NCBI GenBank assembly: GCA_964640295.1
Contig: CAZXFX010000015.1
Span: 32-64,031 of the forward strand
Origin: an uncultured Dehalococcoidia bacterium
Lineage (GTDB): Bacteria > Chloroflexota > Dehalococcoidia > Lucifugimonadales > UBA1123
Reading direction: 5' to 3'
DNA length: 64,000 nt
The position numbers and the translations under genes were made by a program. Position 1 is the stretch's first letter. Each line of letters opens with the position of its first letter. Of this stretch, positions 51,509-60,969 are shown piece after piece. Under the pieces are notes generated by a model. It saw only the letters and a program-made list of their open reading frames with translations, did no database searches and was not told where the DNA came from.

Positions 51509-52047
51509 TAGGATTCCTCGAAGGGCTGGCGGTAACGCTGAAATCGGCGTTTCGCAAGCCGGTCACAGATCAATATCCTGAACCCGGCAAACGGCGCCAG
51601 GTGGAACTTCGCTACATGGGATTCCCCGCGCTGCTGTGGGACGAAGGCGTGCCTGAGCCGTACTGCACCGGTTGTATGGTTTGTGTGCGCGCTTGTCCGA
51701 CGCAGTGCATGAGCGCGCAGATGGCAGACAATCCGAAGTTTGCCGAAGAAACCAGCCGCCGGCGCAAGATAATCGAGACATTCGAGATAAATCTGGGCCG
51801 GTGTATTTTGTGCGGCATCTGCGTGGACGTCTGTAATTTCGACGCGATAGAGATGAGCCACGTACATGAACTGAGCAAATACGAACGAAACGGGAATAGA
51901 GTTGACTTGGAAACGCTCCTGGATATGGGAAAACGCTTTCAGTCCGAGACTGAGTGGCGTCCGTCCAACCCGGAAAAGAATAGCGGAGTTCCTGTCAAGA
52001 AGCCGGCGAAGCGCGCAGATAAGACATCTAAGACCTCGGCCACGTAA
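51505..52047 (+). CDS. nuoI: NADH-quinone oxidoreductase subunit I (2x[4Fe-4S])
   Basis: CTGCMVCVRACP and CILCGICVDVCN. Basic C-terminal extension. Confidence 0.9.
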   Translation: MIGFLEGLAVTLKSAFRKPVTDQYPEPGKRRQVELRYMGFPALLWDEGVPEPYCTGCMVCVRACPTQCMSAQMADNPKFAEETSRRRKIIETFEINLGRCILCGICVDVCNFDAIEMSHVHELSKYERNGNRVDLETLLDMGKRFQSETEWRPSNPEKNSGVPVKKPAKRADKTSKTSAT

Positions 52048-52050
52048 CTG

Positions 52051-52548
52051 ATGATTTCACCCTCCCTCGTCCTCTTCTATCTTGCCGCCGCGCTTGTCGT
52101 GGGGGGCGGTTTGGGAGTGGTATTCACGCGGAATATCGTCTATGCGGCGTTCGCGCTGCTTGCCGCGATGCTGGGTGTGGCGGGCGTGTTTCTCCTGATG
52201 TTCGCCGAGTTCCTAGCGCTGGTTCAGATACTCATCTATGGCGGGGCCGTGGTGATAGTCGTACTGTTCTCGCTCATGCTGACAAGGATTCAGGACTTCG
52301 AGAACCTTACCGACCATCGGCAATGGCCACTGGCGGCGGTCATATCAATTGGGGTGTTCGCGCTGCTTGTGGCTTCCATCGTCACTACCGGCGTAAGGAC
52401 GGTCGAGAGGAAAAGCGTGGGATTCTCGACGCTGGGCGAGAGCCTCTTTACCGATTGGGCCGTTCCGTTCGAGGTGGCGTCGCTCGTGCTTTTGGTCGCG
52501 CTGATAGGCTCGATAGTTCTGGTGCGCGCCGTCGGAGGCCGCGATTGA
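52051..52548 (+). CDS. nuoJ: NADH-quinone oxidoreductase subunit J
   Basis: Five hydrophobic helices. FAEFLALVQILIYGGAVVIVVLF. Confidence 0.85.
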   Translation: MISPSLVLFYLAAALVVGGGLGVVFTRNIVYAAFALLAAMLGVAGVFLLMFAEFLALVQILIYGGAVVIVVLFSLMLTRIQDFENLTDHRQWPLAAVISIGVFALLVASIVTTGVRTVERKSVGFSTLGESLFTDWAVPFEVASLVLLVALIGSIVLVRAVGGRD

Positions 52549-52862
52549 TAGAACTGGCGCATTTGCAGATACTGGCCGCCGCGCTGTTTTCCATTGGTCT
52601 CTACGGCGTTCTCGCGCGTCGGAGCGCAGTGCTGATTCTCATGTCCATCGAGCTTATGCTGAACGCGGTCAATATAAACTTGGTGGGATTCGCCGCGTTC
52701 GTTGATTTTGGAGAGGCGCAGAGAGCGCTGGGGCAGGTCCTAGTCATATTCGTGATAACGATAGCCGCCGCTGAACTCGCATTGGCTATAGCCATCATAC
52801 TGAGGCTGTATCGAAATCGGAGTTCAGTAAATGTTGACCAGATAGATACTTTGAAGTGGTAG
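52545..52862 (+). CDS. nuoK: NADH-quinone oxidoreductase subunit K
   Basis: LFSIGLYGVLARRSAVLILMSIELMLNAVNINLV. The TTG start overlaps the nuoJ stop, with GGAGG 6 nt upstream. The ORF-track start at 52323 is out of context. Confidence 0.85.
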   Translation: MIELAHLQILAAALFSIGLYGVLARRSAVLILMSIELMLNAVNINLVGFAAFVDFGEAQRALGQVLVIFVITIAAAELALAIAIILRLYRNRSSVNVDQIDTLKW

Positions 52863-52944
52863 CCGGAGAGATGATCTCGCCGCTGGCCGCCGCGTCGGCA
52901 GTCCAGTCGGGACTTGCGTTGGAACGCGTCGGTCCGGTCCGAAG

Positions 52945-54831
52945 ATGATTCCAATGACCGAACAGATATGGACAAACTGGGCATGGATCATACCCGCTCT
53001 TAGCGCGGCGGCGTTCTTCATTGTACTGCCATTTCGAAGATACCTGCCGCTTCAGGGCGCGTTCGTGTCCATTATCGCCATCTTGCTTGGGTTCGCGCTG
53101 TTCTGGCTCGTCTTAGTGGGGCTGCTGAGCGACGGAGCGGCGGACTATGGGATGGAGTGGCTGCGAATCGGCGATACGGTCATCGCGTGGGGAGTGTCGG
53201 TGGACGAAATATCCGTCACGATGCTGGGACTGGTCACGTTCGTCGCTCTGCTGGCGCAGGTCTATTCGCTCGGGTACATGAAGCATGGCGGTCATTACGA
53301 CCCCGGTCTGGGACGCTATTACGCATTCCACTCGCTGTTCGTCGCGGCGATGCTGGCGCTGGTACTGGCGGACAATCTGCTCTTTCTGTATATCGCGTGG
53401 GAACTGGTGGGGCTGGGATCGTATCTGCTGATAGGGTTCTGGTACGAGCGACGCTCGGCGGCGGAGGCGGCGAAGAAGGCTTTCATCACCACTCGCATAG
53501 GCGACGTGGGACTGCTGATAGGGATCATTCTGCTGTTCAGGGCTACGGGAACGTTCGACATCTCGACTATCATTCACATCGCCCAGAGCGGCGGAATATC
53601 GGGCGCGACCCTGACGGCCTCGACATTGTTGATATTCGTGGGCGCTATGGGCAAGTCGGCGCAATTCCCGCTGCACGTGTGGCTGCCCGACGCCATGGAA
53701 GGCCCGACCCCAGTAAGCGCGCTGATACACGCCGCCACTATGGTCGTTGCGGGCGTGTATCTGGTCGCGCGTCTCATGCCGCTGTTCGAGCTTGATCAAG
53801 CCGTTCTTCTTGTAGTGGCGTCCGTTGGACTGTTCACATTCATCTTCGCGGGGACTATCGCGCTCGTCGCAACCGATATAAAGCGCGTTCTTGCCTACTC
53901 CACTATCAGTCATTTGGGACTGATGATGCTCGCGCTGGGAGCGGACGGGGTAGGGGTGACGTTATTTCATCTGGTCGCGCACGGCGTGTCCAAGGCGATG
54001 CTGTTCCTCGGAGCCGGAAGTGTTATGCACGCGATGGGAGATGAAACCGACATTCGCAAGATGGGCGGACTGCTGAGGCGTATGCCCATAACCGGCTGGA
54101 CATTCCTCATAGGATCCGCTTCCCTTGCGGGAGTGGTTCCGCTCGCCGGCTTCTTCACCAAAGACGAAATACTGCTATACACGCTCGAACATCTACCGCC
54201 GGTCTATATCGTTCTGGCGCTCGCGGGCGTGGCTCTGAGCGCGCTGTATATGGCGCGGGTCGCGTTCGCGGCATTTCTGGGCGCGCCCAAGTCCGACCAC
54301 TCTGGGATACACGAATCGCCCGCCATCATGACCATTCCGCTGCTGCTGCTCGCGCCGTTCGCGTTGGGAGTCGGATTTCTGGCGTTCGGGCTGTGGGAGG
54401 GCTATAACGGGTTCGCGGCGTTCATAGAAGGGAAGGGGAAATTCCATCTTGTCCTGTGGCTTACTCTGGTGTCTGTCTTGTTGGCCGGCTTGGGGATAGT
54501 CGTCGGGTGGATGGCCTATGTCCGAGGGAACTTGTCGGCTCAGGCAATCGTCGAGCGATTCGCTCCGCTTCATCGGATACTGGTGAACAAGTATTACGTG
54601 GATGAAGCCTATCAGTGGGCCATTGACAAGATTGCGCTCGCGCTCGCGCGGTTCATCGCCGTATTCGACAGGGCGGTGGTCAACGACGTCGGAGTGGACG
54701 GCCCCGCGGATATGGTGAAGAGCTCGGGCTTACGCTTGAAATTCGTCCAGACAGGAAAGATATACAACTATGGAATGGCGATGGCGGCGGGAGTGGTGGC
54801 GTTGGCGCTGATCTGGTGGGTAGTTTTGTAA
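52945..54831 (+). CDS. nuoL: NADH-quinone oxidoreductase subunit L
   Basis: 628-aa antiporter-like subunit. FLYIAWELVGLGSYLLIGFWY, GKSAQFPLHVWLPDAMEGPTPVSALIHAATMV. Confidence 0.9.
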   Translation: MIPMTEQIWTNWAWIIPALSAAAFFIVLPFRRYLPLQGAFVSIIAILLGFALFWLVLVGLLSDGAADYGMEWLRIGDTVIAWGVSVDEISVTMLGLVTFVALLAQVYSLGYMKHGGHYDPGLGRYYAFHSLFVAAMLALVLADNLLFLYIAWELVGLGSYLLIGFWYERRSAAEAAKKAFITTRIGDVGLLIGIILLFRATGTFDISTIIHIAQSGGISGATLTASTLLIFVGAMGKSAQFPLHVWLPDAMEGPTPVSALIHAATMVVAGVYLVARLMPLFELDQAVLLVVASVGLFTFIFAGTIALVATDIKRVLAYSTISHLGLMMLALGADGVGVTLFHLVAHGVSKAMLFLGAGSVMHAMGDETDIRKMGGLLRRMPITGWTFLIGSASLAGVVPLAGFFTKDEILLYTLEHLPPVYIVLALAGVALSALYMARVAFAAFLGAPKSDHSGIHESPAIMTIPLLLLAPFALGVGFLAFGLWEGYNGFAAFIEGKGKFHLVLWLTLVSVLLAGLGIVVGWMAYVRGNLSAQAIVERFAPLHRILVNKYYVDEAYQWAIDKIALALARFIAVFDRAVVNDVGVDGPADMVKSSGLRLKFVQTGKIYNYGMAMAAGVVALALIWWVVL

Positions 54832-54834
54832 GGA

Positions 54835-55695
54835 GTGTTCAGTCGGGTGGCTACTGAGCAAGATGCAATAAAGAAAGCGCAGAGAGCGTGGGCTGAGTCG
54901 AGAGGGATCTCATTTGATTCAGGTGGCTATGTAGTCAATGTTGAGGACAACCTTTGGAGATGCCTGTCGAATCGCGCGAAGAAGGCATTTGAAAGAGGGG
55001 CCGGCTCTGAACTGGAAGGACACATGAAGGCGCCGCATTCGTCTTCGGCGCTAGCTGTGAACTTCTTTGATTATTGGGCCGGCAATGACGACAAGACTCT
55101 TCTATTGTCAGTATTGGACATAGATTCTGACAACGCAAAATCTCTGGATTTCGAAAAACGTTTCCCGACTGGACTTGGAGGTGTTCCGCCACACTTGGAT
55201 GTCGCTATAACATTGACGTCTGGATTCGTAATTGCAATCGAATGCAAGTTTACTGAGCCATTAGGACGTTCTACCAGAGGAAAGTCCAAATTTAAGCCGC
55301 GCTATTTCCCATCCTCCGAAAAATTGTGGACTCAGGTGGGGTTGCGAGAATGTCAGAGATTTGCTGAGGAGCTATCGGTATATCCGTGTCAATTCGAGTA
55401 TCTGGATCCGGGGCAACTGCTGAAGCACGCTCTAGGATTAGCGACCCAACTTGGCGACCAGTTCAGTCTCTACTACCTGTACTACGACGGCGCTGGGGAT
55501 AGATCGGAAGCGCATAAGCGGGAGATTGCTCATTTCGCAAGTCGCGTCGGGGATGAGATACGGTTCAAGGCGCTCACGTATCAAGAGGTTTTCCGCAGGT
55601 TCAAAGAATCTGAGGAAGTTGACTCCGAATATCATGAATACTTGGACTACCTCGGGACAAGGTACTTCAATTCGCACTCTCCGCCAGAACGATAA
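54835..55695 (+). CDS. PD-(D/E)xK nuclease-fold protein inserted between nuoL and nuoM
   Basis: HSSSALAVNFF...PPHLDVAITLTSGFVIAIECKFTEP gives a D-x13-ExK core. Starts 3 nt after the nuoL stop and ends 16 nt before the nuoM start. Hand GC counts of 60-nt lines give about 40-50% here versus about 60% in nuoL. Confidence 0.6.
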   Translation: MFSRVATEQDAIKKAQRAWAESRGISFDSGGYVVNVEDNLWRCLSNRAKKAFERGAGSELEGHMKAPHSSSALAVNFFDYWAGNDDKTLLLSVLDIDSDNAKSLDFEKRFPTGLGGVPPHLDVAITLTSGFVIAIECKFTEPLGRSTRGKSKFKPRYFPSSEKLWTQVGLRECQRFAEELSVYPCQFEYLDPGQLLKHALGLATQLGDQFSLYYLYYDGAGDRSEAHKREIAHFASRVGDEIRFKALTYQEVFRRFKESEEVDSEYHEYLDYLGTRYFNSHSPPER

Positions 55696-55711
55696 AGTAC
55701 GTTAGATAGCA

Positions 55712-57238
55712 ATGGAAACCCTCGATAGCTACATACTGTTAGCGATAATCGCCCTCCCGATGGCGGGCGCGGGTCTGCTTATCCTGATACCGGGGTCCAA
55801 TGTATTGGCGGTTCGCCGCCTTGCGTTTGTCGTCGCCGTCGCGACGGCGCTGCTGTCTGTGTATGTCTTCCTGGCTTATGACCATTCGGCTGGCGGAATG
55901 CAGTTCGAGAGAGTCTGGAACTGGCTGCCGATACCCGGTCCCTGGCCGATGGGCGATACTGGAATCACGCTGCGTCTGGGCGTGGACGGAATTTCGGCGC
56001 TCATGGTCCTGCTGACGGGGATAGTGCTGTTTACCGGCGTCCTCGTATCATGGAACATAGAAGACCGCCCTAAAGAGTTCTTCGTCCTATACCTGCTGCT
56101 GCTTGCGGGCGTATTCGGCGTTTTCGTGGCTCTGGATCTGTTCTTCTTCTTCTTCTTCTACGAACTTGCCGTAATGCCCATGTATCTGCTCATCGGCGTT
56201 TGGGGGAGCAGTTCGACGTTCCCGACGTTCATTCGCACGAAAGAGTATGGCGCGATGAAGTTGATGCTCTATCTTGTCGCAGGCAGCGTACTGATCTGGA
56301 TAGCGCTGCTCGCCATATTCGTCGAGGCGGACCTCGGCGCTTTCGACCTGGTAGCGCTCCAGCAGATCGAGTTCTCAGAGGGCTTCCAGCGCTTCTTCTT
56401 CCCGTTCCTCATGATCGGGTTTGGGGCGCTGGCCGGATTGTGGCCGTTCCACACGTGGTCTCCTGACGGACACGTAGCCGCGCCGACCGCCGTGAGCATG
56501 GTTCACGCGGGCGTGCTGATGAAACTGGGGTCGTTCGGCGTGATACGCATAGGCATGACTCTAATGCCGGAGGGCGCCGAGTTCTGGATGCCCGCGCTCA
56601 TAGCGCTGGGAACGGTCAACGTGATATACGGCGCGTGGTCGGCTATGGGGCAGACAGACCTCAAGTACGTTATCGGCTATTCGAGCGTCAGTCACATGGG
56701 TTATGTGCTCATGGGAATAGCGACATTGCATCCTTTGGGACTCAATGGCGCGGTATTGCAGATGTTCAGTCACGGAGTGATGACAGCGCTGTTCTTCGCG
56801 GCGGTTGGAGTAATATACGAGAAGACGCACACGCGCGACATTGGCGTCTTGAATGGACTCGCCAAGCGAATGGGCTTCACCGCGACGCTCTTCGCAATCG
56901 CGGGCATGGCGTCGCTGGGACTGCCGGGACTCAGCGGGTTCGTGGCCGAACTGCTTGTATTCCTCGGACTCTTCCAGACATATCCAGTTCTGGGCGTACT
57001 CGGAATCATCGGAGCGGCGATAACCGCTGTGTATATACTCAGGCTCATGTCCAGAGTGTTCTTCGGTCCTCTTGGCGAGCGCTGGGCGGACCAGACGGAC
57101 GCCAGCCTTCGGGAGAAATTCTCGATGCTCGCGCTGGCTGGATTCATATTGCTGGTAGGACTGTTCCCGTTCCCGTTCATACGAGTCATAGAGAGCGGTG
57201 TTTCGGGCATACTGGCGCGGTTCGGAGGGGTGGGATGA
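55712..57238 (+). CDS. nuoM: NADH-quinone oxidoreductase subunit M
   Basis: 508-aa antiporter-like subunit. FFFFFYELAVMPMYLLIGVWG, HTWSPDGHVAAPTAVSMVHAGVLMKLG. Confidence 0.9.
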   Translation: METLDSYILLAIIALPMAGAGLLILIPGSNVLAVRRLAFVVAVATALLSVYVFLAYDHSAGGMQFERVWNWLPIPGPWPMGDTGITLRLGVDGISALMVLLTGIVLFTGVLVSWNIEDRPKEFFVLYLLLLAGVFGVFVALDLFFFFFFYELAVMPMYLLIGVWGSSSTFPTFIRTKEYGAMKLMLYLVAGSVLIWIALLAIFVEADLGAFDLVALQQIEFSEGFQRFFFPFLMIGFGALAGLWPFHTWSPDGHVAAPTAVSMVHAGVLMKLGSFGVIRIGMTLMPEGAEFWMPALIALGTVNVIYGAWSAMGQTDLKYVIGYSSVSHMGYVLMGIATLHPLGLNGAVLQMFSHGVMTALFFAAVGVIYEKTHTRDIGVLNGLAKRMGFTATLFAIAGMASLGLPGLSGFVAELLVFLGLFQTYPVLGVLGIIGAAITAVYILRLMSRVFFGPLGERWADQTDASLREKFSMLALAGFILLVGLFPFPFIRVIESGVSGILARFGGVG

Positions 57239-58749
57239 ACAACAACTTCCTGCTGCTGACGCCCGAATTCATGGTGACGGGACTGGCGTTCCTGGTATTG
57301 ACGCTGGACTTCTTCCTGCGCGACGAGCGCAAGCATCTTCTTGGATACGCCGCCGCCGCCGGACTTTCGATCATCCTGGCGGTTACGCTCATATATCAGT
57401 GGAACATAGAAGACAGCCTATATGACGGCCTGCTGGTGGTTGACGGATTTTCCTTGTTGTTCAAGGCAGTGTTCCTGGCGATGGGCGTGGTCGTCATTCT
57501 GTCGTCTGTGGAGTATGTTCGCAGGAATCTGAGCTACCCGGGCGAATACTACGGCATACTGATATTTACCATCGTGGGCATGATGCTGATGGCGGCGTCC
57601 GGCGAACTGCTGACCGCGTACATCTCGCTTGAGTTGCTCAGTTTTGGCCTTTACGTCCTCGTGTCCTTCGACCGCTATAATCCCAAATCAAACGAGGGCG
57701 GCGCGAAGTACATACTATTAGGGGCGGTGTCCTCGGCGCTGCTGCTGTACGGCATAAGCCAAATATACGGACTGCTTGGCACGACGCGGTTCGACGGAAT
57801 ATCCGAGACGCTGGCCGCGGCGGGCAGCCTCAGCCCAGGCGTGATTGTTGGACTCGTACTCATAATCGCGGGACTCGGTTTCAAGGTCGCAGCCGTCCCG
57901 TTCCACATGTGGGCGCCCGACGCCTATGAAGCCGCTCCCATACCTATAACCGGATATCTTGCCGTAGCGTCCAAGGCCGCCGCGTTCGCCCTGATACTCA
58001 GGCTGTTCACGCAAGCTCTCATGCCGGTCGCGGACGAGTGGCAGATGGTTTTGGTGGTAATGGCCGCCATAACCATGACGCTGGGCAACTTGGTTGCGCT
58101 GGCGCAGACCAACCTCAAGCGACTGCTGGCGTACTCCAGCGTAGGTCACGTGGGGTATCTGCTGATGGGCATTGCCGCGCTCGCGTCGGTTGGCCCCGAC
58201 GGCAGGATAAGCGCGCAGATTTCTCATCTGGCCTCTAATGGAGTTACGCTTCACATTATCGCCTACGGCGTTACCAATCTTGCCGCGTTTCTCTCGCTCG
58301 CCGCGTTCTACAACGCCACGGGCCGGGACGACATCGCCGGACTTGCTGGCGCGGCGCGCAGGACGCCCTACCTCGCCATGGTGATGGCGGTGTCGGTGCT
58401 GTCTTTGGCGGGTCTGCCGATATTCGCGGGGTTCGTAAGCAAGTTCTATCTTTTCAACGCGGCGGCGGCGCAGGGACTTCTTTGGCTGGCAGGCCTCGCC
58501 ATATTCACCAGCCTCATATCGCTGTACTACTATCTGCAGATTCTTAGGCGGATGTACATAGAAGAATCGATTGACGACAGTCCCATTCGTCTGCCGCGTC
58601 TTACGTTAGCTCTTATGGCTGTCCTGTTGGTGAGCATAGTCGCGCTGGGAGTTTATCCCGCGCCATTGATGGAAGCGATTCAGCACGCCAGCGACGCGCT
58701 CGCCGACTCATACGGGTTCAGGGTAGTCGCTCAGATTCCTCCCAACTGA
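57235..58749 (+). CDS. nuoN: NADH-quinone oxidoreductase subunit N
   Basis: MNNNFLLLTPEF...; KVAAVPFHMWAPDAYEAAPIPITGYLAVASK. The ATG overlaps the nuoM stop (ATGA). The upstream part of the listed 704-aa ORF is nuoM read out of frame. Confidence 0.9.
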   Translation: MNNNFLLLTPEFMVTGLAFLVLTLDFFLRDERKHLLGYAAAAGLSIILAVTLIYQWNIEDSLYDGLLVVDGFSLLFKAVFLAMGVVVILSSVEYVRRNLSYPGEYYGILIFTIVGMMLMAASGELLTAYISLELLSFGLYVLVSFDRYNPKSNEGGAKYILLGAVSSALLLYGISQIYGLLGTTRFDGISETLAAAGSLSPGVIVGLVLIIAGLGFKVAAVPFHMWAPDAYEAAPIPITGYLAVASKAAAFALILRLFTQALMPVADEWQMVLVVMAAITMTLGNLVALAQTNLKRLLAYSSVGHVGYLLMGIAALASVGPDGRISAQISHLASNGVTLHIIAYGVTNLAAFLSLAAFYNATGRDDIAGLAGAARRTPYLAMVMAVSVLSLAGLPIFAGFVSKFYLFNAAAAQGLLWLAGLAIFTSLISLYYYLQILRRMYIEESIDDSPIRLPRLTLALMAVLLVSIVALGVYPAPLMEAIQHASDALADSYGFRVVAQIPPN

Positions 58750-58752
58750 TAA

Positions 58753-58761
58753 ATGGTATAA
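58753..58761 (+). promoter_or_regulatory. Extended -10 element TGGTATAAT upstream of the PIG-L gene
   Basis: TGnTATAAT match lying 42 nt before the ATG at 58803. Confidence 0.45.
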
Positions 58762-58802
58762 TTGCGAGTTGAGATAAATTCATACTAGACAGAGGAGTAT
58801 TG

Positions 58803-59522
58803 ATGTCGGAAGAACAAGTATATTCCAGCGGAATGGTTGTAATAGCGCACGCCGACGACGCCGAGTACGGCTGCTCTGGCACGGTAGCCAAATTGTGCGC
58901 TGAGGGTTGGGAAATGACCTATGTGCTTTGCACCGACGGCAGCAAGGGCAGTTCTGACCGTGAAATTACGGAGAAAGAGTTGTCGGAGACGCGCAGGGTG
59001 GAGCAGATAGAAGCGGGCAAGGTACTGGGACTGAAAGACGTAGAGTTCCTCGGCTACCCGGACAGCTATCTTCAGCCGACGCTGGACGTGAGGCGCGACA
59101 TCGCGCGCGAGATACGCAGACACAAGCCGGACGTGGTTATATGCCAGTATCCGATGCGGGTATTGGACGGCGGCTGGGGCGTCGGGCATCCTGACCATAT
59201 AGCGGCCGGCGAAGCCGCTCTCGCCGCTGTATTCCCAACGGCGCGCGACCACATGACTTTCCCGGAACTGCTGGAAGAGGGTTTCGAGCCGCACAATGTG
59301 GCTGAGGTCTGGATAATGGGGCACCCGGAGCCGGATATATTCGTTGACGTGACCGACCACATGGAGACGGCGGTCAAGGCGCTGGCGGAGCACACGTCGC
59401 AGACGGGCGGTCGTCCCTACGAAGAACTGCTTCCGAGAATGCAAGAATGGCGGAGAGGCCGCTCGGTGGGCAAGGGGATGCTGTATTCGGAGTCCTTCAA
59501 GAGAATCAGCTTCCGGCGGTAG
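58803..59522 (+). CDS. PIG-L/LmbE-family deacetylase
   Basis: MVVIAHADDAEYGCSGTVAKL...TDGSKGS and HPDHIAAGEA. AGAGGAG RBS. Confidence 0.8.
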   Translation: MSEEQVYSSGMVVIAHADDAEYGCSGTVAKLCAEGWEMTYVLCTDGSKGSSDREITEKELSETRRVEQIEAGKVLGLKDVEFLGYPDSYLQPTLDVRRDIAREIRRHKPDVVICQYPMRVLDGGWGVGHPDHIAAGEAALAAVFPTARDHMTFPELLEEGFEPHNVAEVWIMGHPEPDIFVDVTDHMETAVKALAEHTSQTGGRPYEELLPRMQEWRRGRSVGKGMLYSESFKRISFRR

Positions 59523-59541
59523 CGGGGTACCCAAATTCCCT

Positions 59542-59742
59542 TTAGACTGCTAATTGCCTTATCTGTACCTGTGTCCGTTCGATCCGGTTGAGTGGGATTT
59601 TCATGTCGTAAGTTAGGGAGTCGGCTATCGCAAACCTGGCAAACGCTGCGACGAATAAAATCGAGAGGATCAGCGCACCCAAACCTAGCAGTATCCACCC
59701 CACTATGTTGAAGTGCGCACCTAGTGGGGAAAGTCCCATCAC
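59542..59742 (-). CDS. Small hypothetical membrane protein
   Basis: 66 aa with one TM (IVGWILLGLGALILSILFVAAFARF). GTG start. Confidence 0.35.
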   Translation of the reverse strand: MMGLSPLGAHFNIVGWILLGLGALILSILFVAAFARFAIADSLTYDMKIPLNRIERTQVQIRQLAV

Positions 59743-59822
59743 ATAGCCAATCGGAGTCGTAATTGAAAAGGCGAGGTCCGGTTATTGCAGAGACCGCGGC
59801 GATTACGAACAGCGCAATTTGA

Positions 59823-59868
59823 GCTAGTAGCGTACTAACGGTCTGAGGAGCGTTAGTACGCTACTAGC
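59823..59868. repeat. Perfect 18-bp inverted repeat with 10-nt loop (GCTAGTAGCGTACTAACG-GTCTGAGGAG-CGTTAGTACGCTACTAGC)
   Basis: Read directly. Partial extra copy CTACTAGC at 59876-59883. Not followed by a U-run on either strand. Confidence 0.85.
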
Positions 59869-60047
59869 ATATACTCTACTAGCTGATTGAACAGTATGCC
59901 GACTCCTGCTAGAGTTGCCCACGCCACTGATAATACGATTGCTCTCGCGACTATATTGGCGCAACGCTTTATGAATTCAATCGTAGATGGGTATAGTATC
60001 CGACGCTTCCCTTCGGCCTAACTCTCAGATATGCGACAGTCGGTACT

Positions 60048-60914
60048 CTATCCTTGCTTTTTGCGCAGGCCTGCCAATACCTCGTTCAGGCTGCCTGACC
60101 TGAAGCCTTCGAGGTCGAGCGTGACGTAGGAGTAGCCTATGGAACGGAAGTAGGATGTTATCTTCTCGCGGGTAGCGTCTTCGGTGAGTGTGAGGAAGTC
60201 GGCGGGTTCGACTTCTATGCGCGCAATCGTGTCGTGATGGCGCACCCGAAGTTGGCGAATGCCAATCTCTTCATGCAGATATTCTTCCGCCTGCGCTATG
60301 CGAGTCAGCGCTTCGACAGTGACAGGCGTGCCATAGGGGATGCGCGACGACAGGCACGCTTGCGCGGGCTTATCCCAGGTGGGCAGGTCCATTTCGCGCG
60401 ACAGAGCGCGTATATCCGCCTTGGACAGGTCGGCTTCCACCATTGGGCTGCGGACTCCGTATTGCTTGGCCGCGTTCAGGCCTGGCCGAAAGTCGCCCAG
60501 ATCGTCGGTGTTGGTGCCGTTGGCTATGTGCGCGTACCCTTCATCTCTGGCGTACTCCGCGAGGTAGGTATATAGCTCGTCTTTGCAGAAGAAACAGCGG
60601 TTCGGGTTGTTCTGGGCGTAGTCTTCGCGCTCGACTTCTTGCGTTTCGATGACCCTGTGGTTGAGTCCGACGCGCTCTGCCAATTCTATCGCGTCGCGCA
60701 ATTCGGATGGCGCCAGGCTCGGAGACTTGGCTGTAACCGCGAGCGCTTTGTCGCCCAGCGTTTCATGCGCGGCGGCGGCGAGGAACGCGCTGTCCACCCC
60801 GCCGGAATAGGCTACGATGACGCCGTCCATATCGCGCAGTATGGACTGAAGACTCTCCATCTTGCGACTAATGGCTTGTCTGTCTATAACCTGGATCTCT
60901 GTTTGGGTTGTCAT
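60048..60914 (-). CDS. larE: LarE-like PP-loop ATP pyrophosphatase (sulfur transferase family)
   Basis: PP-loop VIVAYSGGVDSAFLAAAA. NNPNRCFFCKDELY. Length is about that of LarE/TIGR00268. Confidence 0.75.
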   Translation of the reverse strand: MTTQTEIQVIDRQAISRKMESLQSILRDMDGVIVAYSGGVDSAFLAAAAHETLGDKALAVTAKSPSLAPSELRDAIELAERVGLNHRVIETQEVEREDYAQNNPNRCFFCKDELYTYLAEYARDEGYAHIANGTNTDDLGDFRPGLNAAKQYGVRSPMVEADLSKADIRALSREMDLPTWDKPAQACLSSRIPYGTPVTVEALTRIAQAEEYLHEEIGIRQLRVRHHDTIARIEVEPADFLTLTEDATREKITSYFRSIGYSYVTLDLEGFRSGSLNEVLAGLRKKQG

Positions 60915-60969
60915 TGCGCTATCTCCGAGGGGGACTCATACGGTATTTCGGTCTGTTTACATATATGCG

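Noticed and set aside
56635-57234. N-terminal 200 aa of the listed 704-aa ORF (56635..58749)
   Set aside because: This part is nuoM read out of frame (Arg-rich nonsense). nuoN starts at the ATG at 57235, which overlaps the nuoM stop.
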